Below, piece after piece: positions 55,538 to 64,000 of a stretch of DNA of 64,000 bases. Position 1 is the stretch's first letter; the number at the start of each line of letters is the position of its first letter. Made by a program: the position numbers and the translations under genes. The notes beneath the pieces were generated by a model that had not been told where the DNA came from, ran no database searches, and worked only from the letters and a program-made list of their open reading frames with translations. This DNA is from Candidatus Bilamarchaeaceae archaeon. GTDB lineage: Archaea > Micrarchaeota > Micrarchaeia > Anstonellales > Bilamarchaeaceae. The stretch covers positions 44,935 through 108,934 of the forward strand of contig JAWCKZ010000002.1 of NCBI GenBank assembly GCA_038851325.1, read 5' to 3'.

Positions 55538-55713
55538 CGGGCCTGGCGCGATTAACAGCCTGCAATAGAAATAACGAAAAGAATTAATATCAGCAGGCTT
55601 TTGAACGCGCGACCTGCGGATTTCAGCGGTCTTCAGCAAATAAGCCGAAAACATTAAAAGTCCGTCGCTCTACCAAGTTGCTCCAAGCGGGAGCTTGACT
55701 GAGCTACAGGCCC
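55538..55713 (-). tRNA. tRNA-Lys(UUU) with three introns (D-loop, 37/38, 59/60)
   Basis: Exons give GGGCCTG TA GCTC AGT..GGTA GAGC G ACGGA CT TTT AA TCCGC AGGTC GCGCG TTCAAAT CGCGC CAGGCCC G; inserts at about 55675-55696, 55622-55654 and 55552-55599, each with an internal hairpin. Confidence 0.9.
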
Positions 55714-55771
55714 GATTTTTATTTTTAATTTTCATGATTACCTTTATATTTCTATTCTTGGAAAACCCTAC

Positions 55772-56695
55772 ATGAACTCAACGAGCGCTAGAAGAAGATT
55801 GATATTTGGGACCATAGTTCTCCTTGTTGTAGGATTTTTGCTTGTAGTCATGGGATTTGTTCTCCTGAGCTATCTTGCACCGTTGATAACAGGGAAATGT
55901 GTGGCGGAGGTTGTTATAGATTATCCCCTCACGATAGACGGTAGCCCTGAGACGCTCGTATCAAGTGGGTATCCTAGCTCTGAAGAACTCGCTGCACGCA
56001 TAAGGGAACTCAATACGAGGGAGGATGTTGGGGCTGTTCTTTTTGTAATAAACACTGGAGGCGGATCTGTTATCGCTACAAGAGAGATATACGATGCTAT
56101 TAAGGAGCTGAAAAAACCAAAGGTTGCCTATTTCAGAGAAACGGCTGCTTCTGGAGGATATTACATAGCAACCGGGACGGATTACATCGTCTCAGAACCA
56201 TACGCGATTACCGGAAACATAGGGGTAGTCGCTACTGTTGTTAGCATGGAGAGTCTTTTTGAGAAGATCGGAGTGAACGTAACCTCTGTCACTTCTGGTG
56301 TTCACAAAGATATGGGCTCACCATACCGCAACATGACAGAAGAAGAGATAAAGATAATGGAGTCCATCATCTTGGAGGTTTTTGAGGATTTCAAATCTGT
56401 TGTGCAGCATAACCGAGCAGGAAAGCTAAAGATTGCACGATTTAACGAAATTACGGATGGTAGGATACTGAGTGGAAAACAAGCGCTAGAGGCCGGGCTC
56501 GTTGATCAACTGGGAAACAAGAACGATGCCATCATGAAGGCAGCTGAATTGGGAGGGATAACTGCAAAGAAGCCTGAGGACGTGCGGATCTGCAAGATTG
56601 AAGTGAAGCCTCAGGGAGCAACTCTTCTAAGCGCAGAGACAATGCTTAAGTCCATAGGTGAGCATTACCAATCAATCGGGGTGTTCATGAGGTGA
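55772..56695 (+). CDS. sppA: Signal peptide peptidase SppA (S49)
   Basis: N-terminal TM; INTGGGS, AASGGYYIA, TGNIGV, HKDMGSP, GLVDQLG. Confidence 0.92.
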   Translation: MNSTSARRRLIFGTIVLLVVGFLLVVMGFVLLSYLAPLITGKCVAEVVIDYPLTIDGSPETLVSSGYPSSEELAARIRELNTREDVGAVLFVINTGGGSVIATREIYDAIKELKKPKVAYFRETAASGGYYIATGTDYIVSEPYAITGNIGVVATVVSMESLFEKIGVNVTSVTSGVHKDMGSPYRNMTEEEIKIMESIILEVFEDFKSVVQHNRAGKLKIARFNEITDGRILSGKQALEAGLVDQLGNKNDAIMKAAELGGITAKKPEDVRICKIEVKPQGATLLSAETMLKSIGEHYQSIGVFMR

Positions 56696-57093
56696 AAAAA
56701 AGCAAACACCAGAAAAGGGAAAAGCAGGCTCAGCCTGCGCTACCCAAACATCCAGGGCTTTGCAGGGAGCCAGATATCCCCATTTTTCTTATCGGGGCGC
56801 TGATCGTTCTAGTTGTTCTCTATATCTTTTCCTTTTGGCAAGGACACGGCGCCGTGGGTGTGAACGAGCCCTATTTGCAACGAGAGTGTGAGGAAGGCAC
56901 GACGAAACAATGTATGATTGATAACTGCACAGGTTTGGCAATTTGTCGCTCTGGAAAATGGGAGGGATGCAGATTAGAGTTAGTTTGCACTCCGGGCTCT
57001 ATAATGCCTTGCATTGAGGACTACTGCGTTATTGGCTACAAAAGATGTAACGAATGCGGAACGGGCTATGAGAATTGCACTAAGCGTACCTAA
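56692..57093 (+). CDS. Membrane-anchored protein with two Cys-rich repeats
   Basis: TM followed by CEEGTTKQC...C...C..GKWEGC and CTPGSIMPC...C...C...C. Confidence 0.65.
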   Translation: MKKSKHQKREKQAQPALPKHPGLCREPDIPIFLIGALIVLVVLYIFSFWQGHGAVGVNEPYLQRECEEGTTKQCMIDNCTGLAICRSGKWEGCRLELVCTPGSIMPCIEDYCVIGYKRCNECGTGYENCTKRT

Positions 57094-57631
57094 TTCTTTT
57101 CTTTATATCTTCAACTCGTGCCATAACAGCGCTAAAGCGTTTGCAAACTCTGTAGCCACTTAGAAAACTTTTTCTGCTTCTTCCATTGTTTATTGCCTTT
57201 AGCATTGTGAAAACATCTGTCGCCATATCCTCGATATCGGTTGAAAAAAAGCCAAGACCAAAATCTATGACAAAAAGCCTTTTTCCAGCTTTTATGAGAT
57301 TCGCAGGTGTGTAATCTCCGTGAATTATACCGTGATTGTGAAGTCTTGCAAGATAAATCCCAGCGATGCGCGCATTGCTCATGTTCATCGTAGGTCTTTT
57401 TCCGCTCAAAAGTGTCATTATGATAGAAAAATCATCAACATAGAGAACAGTGGGGCATGGCACATTTGCCATCTTAGCCCTGTGAAGGAGCCTGGCCTCG
57501 GCCTTTGTTCGCTGTCTTCTTAACAGAGTATCGATCTCCTTTAACCTGTATTTCTTTTCCATTCTTTTCTTTAGGATAGTCTTCTTTCCAAAAAAGCGTA
57601 CCCTCTTCACAGTTGCCTCAGCGCCTCTGAT
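57080..57631 (-). CDS. bud32: KEOPS kinase Bud32
   Basis: RGAEA, KKYRLKEID, RTKAEARLL, IIHGDYTPANL, IDFGLG; start is ATC at 57631 or TTG at 57643. Confidence 0.92.
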   Translation of the reverse strand: MRGAEATVKRVRFFGKKTILKKRMEKKYRLKEIDTLLRRQRTKAEARLLHRAKMANVPCPTVLYVDDFSIIMTLLSGKRPTMNMSNARIAGIYLARLHNHGIIHGDYTPANLIKAGKRLFVIDFGLGFFSTDIEDMATDVFTMLKAINNGRSRKSFLSGYRVCKRFSAVMARVEDIKKRIRYA

Positions 57632-57635
57632 TCGA

Positions 57636-58370
57636 TCACCCAAAAAAAAGTCTCGAGAATGCTAACATGGTAAATAGGATAAAGCACCAGAATACTATGT
57701 ACCCTACTCCAATAAGATTGAGCGCGTATCCCATGGCAAACATTCCAACAATCGTGATAGCCCATGTTAGCTTGCTCCATTTAATTACCTTGCTGCCGTC
57801 GAGCGGAAACGCAGGCAGCATATTAAATAAGCCTAAAATGATATTTATGAAGGCACCGAACATCCAGACATTTATTAAGCCATTTTTAACAATCTCTCCG
57901 AAGTCAAGGTCTGCCAAAAACGATATGTAAATTCTTATCGGATTGGCGATTGCAAGAGAGAAAAAGAACATTACTAGCGCTATATTTACTATCGGGCCCG
58001 CTAGCGATATAATTCCATTCTCTCTTTTGCTTATCCTCTGTGCATAGATATAAACTGCACCCGGGGCAGCAAATAGCATTCCGAATAACGAGACGATAAG
58101 CATTAAGATAAGCCCCTGCGTCCACATCTTGAATTTAGAATAGGCTCCATAATATATCGCCACCATTTTATGGCCCATCTCATGAAGCACAAAACCGCTT
58201 CCTATCGTTATTACAGATATCGCAACCATGAGCAAAAATTCTGCCGGATGCCTAAAAATACCTGAAATTCCTTCAAGTCCACCAGCAAACACGATGGAGA
58301 GCGCAAGGGATATTGCAATGACGCTTATCAGTATCTCCTTTATCTCGTCCTCTTCTATTAATATTTCCAT
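57636..58370 (-). CDS. Site-2 protease (M50) family metalloprotease
   Basis: LHEMGHK, AAPGAV, SLAGP, FNMLPAFPLDG. Confidence 0.92.
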   Translation of the reverse strand: MEILIEEDEIKEILISVIAISLALSIVFAGGLEGISGIFRHPAEFLLMVAISVITIGSGFVLHEMGHKMVAIYYGAYSKFKMWTQGLILMLIVSLFGMLFAAPGAVYIYAQRISKRENGIISLAGPIVNIALVMFFFSLAIANPIRIYISFLADLDFGEIVKNGLINVWMFGAFINIILGLFNMLPAFPLDGSKVIKWSKLTWAITIVGMFAMGYALNLIGVGYIVFWCFILFTMLAFSRLFFG

Positions 58371-58747
58371 TTTTCCACTAACCTCTCTTCATAGAGCACC
58401 TTAACCCTCGGTGGCGTTATAAGTCCCTCATAGCTTTCTATCACGCCCACAATCTCATCGCCACCGCTTAGTCTTATTTTTATTGTCGAATTCTTTTTTC
58501 CATTATTGAGCGCGATTCCAAATCTTCCGAGTATTGTTGTGGGCGAATCGCTACTTATTACCATTACAGTGTCTCCACTTTTTACTCCGCGCACTTCAGG
58601 ATAGATAATTGCTATAAGGAGGGAAAGCAAAATCCCCCCTGCAATCATCTTTAGGAAGGTAATGAGCCCAATGTCCGTGAACACAAATATTGCTAGCGAC
58701 AGTATGAAGAATAAGAGAAAACTTTTACCAAAAAGACCTACTCGCAA
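58358..58747 (-). CDS. Hypothetical membrane protein (two TMs + small beta domain, NfeD-C-like)
   Basis: TTG after AGGTGAT; two TM helices, then GVKSGDTVMV...YEGLITPPRVKV. Confidence 0.65.
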   Translation of the reverse strand: MRVGLFGKSFLLFFILSLAIFVFTDIGLITFLKMIAGGILLSLLIAIIYPEVRGVKSGDTVMVISSDSPTTILGRFGIALNNGKKNSTIKIRLSGGDEIVGVIESYEGLITPPRVKVLYEERLVEKWKY

Positions 58748-58752
58748 TCTGA

Positions 58753-61826
<3,074 letters not shown>

Positions 61827-61887
61827 AATATCTCCTGATCGCTATTAATCCTGATTGCTATTAAAATACTTTATGCCTAAATAATTC

Positions 61888-62904
61888 ATGCGTGCGATGT
61901 GCGCTGTTGAGTATACCTGGATTGCTGCAGAACTAAAGGCGCTTGTCGGAAAGAGACTCTCAAAACTATCAAAGACCGCAAGTGGCTATCGTTTTCGTAT
62001 CGGGGACTCCGATATTATCTGTCAGCCTCCGATCAGGATTCATACCACAAAATATATCGAGGAGAGTGAAGCGCCAGATCGATTTGTCGAGGAAGTCAGG
62101 AGAGAGCTTAGAGGGCGGATACTCAGAGGAGTCGAACAGATAAACAACGATCGTGTTCTAATGTTTGACTTCGGTGAGTACAAATTATACTTCGAGATGT
62201 TTGCAAAGGGGAACATAGTGCTTACAAAAGATGGGAAGACCATCGTGGCACTTAGGTACGAGCAGTGGGCTGATAGAGAAATAAGACCAAACCATTCCTA
62301 CATCCCGCCAAAAGCCCCCCCACAGAAAATCAAGGATGTTATATCGGATAAATACATTATTGTTTCGCTCCTTCACCTTCCGCTGGGAAAGGAGTACGTT
62401 GAAGAGCTTCTGGCCGCAACTGGCGTTCAAGAGAAAACAGCGGGTATTTCTATTACCGAAGGTCAAATTAAAAGTCTCGAAGGGCAACTCGAAAAAATGA
62501 AAATGAATTTCAAACCATATGGTTTCTACAAAGATGGAAAACTTGTTGATTTCGGCCTTTTGCAATTCTCAAAATATATCGGGCTCAGGGTGCAGCCCTT
62601 CGCCTCGCTTAGTGAGGCCGCGGATGAGTATTACTGGGAGAATCAGGTTGCAGAGGAGCCAGCTGAGATAAAGAAATTACAAATGCGCCTTGCAAAGCAG
62701 CAGGAATATTTGGAGGCTTTGAAAAGGGAGGAGGAAGAGCTTAGGAAAGCAGGTGACTGGTTTTATGCTAATTATCAATACGTCGAAACATTCCTTTCCG
62801 AAGCGCGTGCTGTCGGTTTAAAGAATCTTGATAGTCTGATGAAAAAATACAAAGAGATAAGAGCAATAAATAAAGGAAAAAAAGAGATAGAAATCGAGAT
62901 TTGA
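61888..62904 (+). CDS. NFACT/Rqc2 family protein, N-terminal domains only
   Basis: ELKALVGKRLSK, VEQINNDRVL, EMFAKGNIVL, SLSEAADEYY; ends after the coiled coil. Confidence 0.8.
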   Translation: MRAMCAVEYTWIAAELKALVGKRLSKLSKTASGYRFRIGDSDIICQPPIRIHTTKYIEESEAPDRFVEEVRRELRGRILRGVEQINNDRVLMFDFGEYKLYFEMFAKGNIVLTKDGKTIVALRYEQWADREIRPNHSYIPPKAPPQKIKDVISDKYIIVSLLHLPLGKEYVEELLAATGVQEKTAGISITEGQIKSLEGQLEKMKMNFKPYGFYKDGKLVDFGLLQFSKYIGLRVQPFASLSEAADEYYWENQVAEEPAEIKKLQMRLAKQQEYLEALKREEEELRKAGDWFYANYQYVETFLSEARAVGLKNLDSLMKKYKEIRAINKGKKEIEIEI

Positions 62905-62929
62905 TGCTTATGCCTTCTCTTTTGGGTAT

Positions 62930-63337
62930 TTAGAAAACCTCTTCGGTGGTGATTAAGTAGTCTCTGAGAATGTGTTCTGCCTTTCGTGGTTTATCGACCG
63001 TCATTGATATTACAGTATTTGTACCATCCCTTGAGACCATATGAACGCTTGTTATGTTTATCCCCTCCTTTGAGAGCATGGATGTAATCTTGCTCAGCTC
63101 ACCCGGTTTGTCAGCAAGCTTGAGCACAAGCCCTTCGAGCTCATTAACCTTATAGGAGGATGCTTCCAGGATGCTCTTAGCTCTTTCTCTATCAGACACT
63201 GTCAAGCTTATTATTGCTTTTCCACCTACCACATCAACGTTTATGGATTCTATGTTTATCTTTGCCTTTCCCAAAATGTAAGATATGTCCGCCAGCAAAC
63301 CTACTTTATCATCAGCTACGATCACAAGTGGTTTCAC
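62930..63337 (-). CDS. Tandem ACT-domain protein
   Basis: DDKVGLLADISYILGKAKINIESI and DKPGELSKITSMLSKEGINITSV. Confidence 0.88.
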   Translation of the reverse strand: MKPLVIVADDKVGLLADISYILGKAKINIESINVDVVGGKAIISLTVSDRERAKSILEASSYKVNELEGLVLKLADKPGELSKITSMLSKEGINITSVHMVSRDGTNTVISMTVDKPRKAEHILRDYLITTEEVF

Positions 63338-63366
63338 TCTCTACACCCCCATTCTTGTCTTATACC

Positions 63367-63666
63367 TTATACCCTATAGATTTGAATATGAGGGATACCA
63401 TTTATATACCTTATGCATTCTTCGGAGACTATGCCCTCCTTGACTGCTATCTCCACAACATGTTTTCCCACGAGATTTGCAGACGAAAAACTCTTAAGTG
63501 CCTCCCTTATCTCATTTTCTGTTGCTATTCCCCCAACATAAAAATCCTTATATGTCTTTAAATCGATACACTCGCCGTCAGTCCCTTCAAACACTTTTCC
63601 TACAAGTTCTTTGTCGCACGCAGCCACTATCTTTCCTCCTTTGGTTTCGTGAATCTTGAGATACGT
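63367..63666 (-). CDS. DUF424 family protein, probable ACG start
   Basis: (M)YLKIHETKGGKIVAACDKELVG...FYVG...SANLVG...IPHIQI. Confidence 0.8.
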   Translation of the reverse strand, partial: TYLKIHETKGGKIVAACDKELVGKVFEGTDGECIDLKTYKDFYVGGIATENEIREALKSFSSANLVGKHVVEIAVKEGIVSEECIRYINGIPHIQIYRV

Positions 63667-63678
63667 TTTATCACCCTT

Positions 63679-64000
63679 CTACCCGCTTGGACTTTTTATC
63701 CGCGCGCAGAGCGCAGATATCCTGTGCCGTTTGCTCAAAGCATTCACAACCTTTTCCCCATCTCCATCAAAGAACTCTACGCGTTTTGCACCGCTTTGTT
63801 CTGCATACGCAACTAGGTCATAGAAATCAGCATGGTTGCTGAGAGGGAAGGCAGCATCCACATTATAATTGCACCTTAACGCCCATCCTGTTGCGACCGC
63901 AACGAGCGTTTTTCTCTCAAAAGCGTTCGTGAGTTTTTCCGCAAATCTTCTCTTTGCGAGCCGCATGGGAACAATTCCGATAAAAGGATGTCTTAGTGCC
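63679..64000 (-). CDS. Beta-CASP metallo-beta-lactamase-fold nuclease, C-terminal part (runs off window end)
   Basis: ATGWA...FPLSNHADFYDLVAY; the frame is open to base 64000. Confidence 0.75.
   Translation of the reverse strand, partial: ALRHPFIGIVPMRLAKRRFAEKLTNAFERKTLVAVATGWALRCNYNVDAAFPLSNHADFYDLVAYAEQSGAKRVEFFDGDGEKVVNALSKRHRISALCARIKSPSG

Noticed and set aside
62930-63337. Stand-alone ACT protein as a trans-acting regulatory domain for the RSH enzyme
   Set aside because: It lies 22 kb away and such tandem-ACT proteins are widespread in archaea; nothing in the sequence links them
63367-63966. TAG readthrough or recoding, since the beta-CASP gene stop is in frame with DUF424
   Set aside because: An SD motif directly after the stop supports independent initiation; many other genes end cleanly at TAG and aRF1 motifs are standard

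Overview
A gene-dense archaeal chromosomal segment in the standard genetic code. The organism is most likely a DPANN archaeon of the Micrarchaeota type; this is inferred from gene content, GGTGAT-type ribosome-binding sites, a class III signal peptide and multi-intron tRNAs. Housekeeping genes dominate: scpA, sepF, top6A/B, aRF1, the rps12-rps7-EF2 cluster, rps15, rps3ae, NAC, CDC48, fibrillarin, SBDS, RNase P subunits, tRNA-modifying enzymes (trm56, trmI, trm1, truD, thiI, bud32), pyrBI, purE, tmk and archaeal lipid genes (mvk, fni, idsA, DGGGP synthase). Single accessory genes are interspersed. The main highlights are: (1) two bacterial-type nucleotide second-messenger synthases, a GAF-like+GGDEF protein with intact GGEEF and RxxD motifs and a RelA/SpoT homologue with a pseudo-hydrolase and an intact-looking synthetase domain; (2) a LipA homologue that keeps the radical-SAM motif but has lost the auxiliary-cluster ligands; (3) tRNA-His with a 235-nt intron built from repeats, and tRNA-Lys(UUU) with three introns; (4) a canonical box C/D sRNA whose D guide points to 16S C1402; (5) three genes that appear to start at non-canonical codons (CTG, ATC, ACG) behind SD motifs; (6) a structured leader upstream of rps12. 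No rRNA, CRISPR array, transposase or integrase was recognised. All family assignments come from motif recognition by eye, not from database searches.
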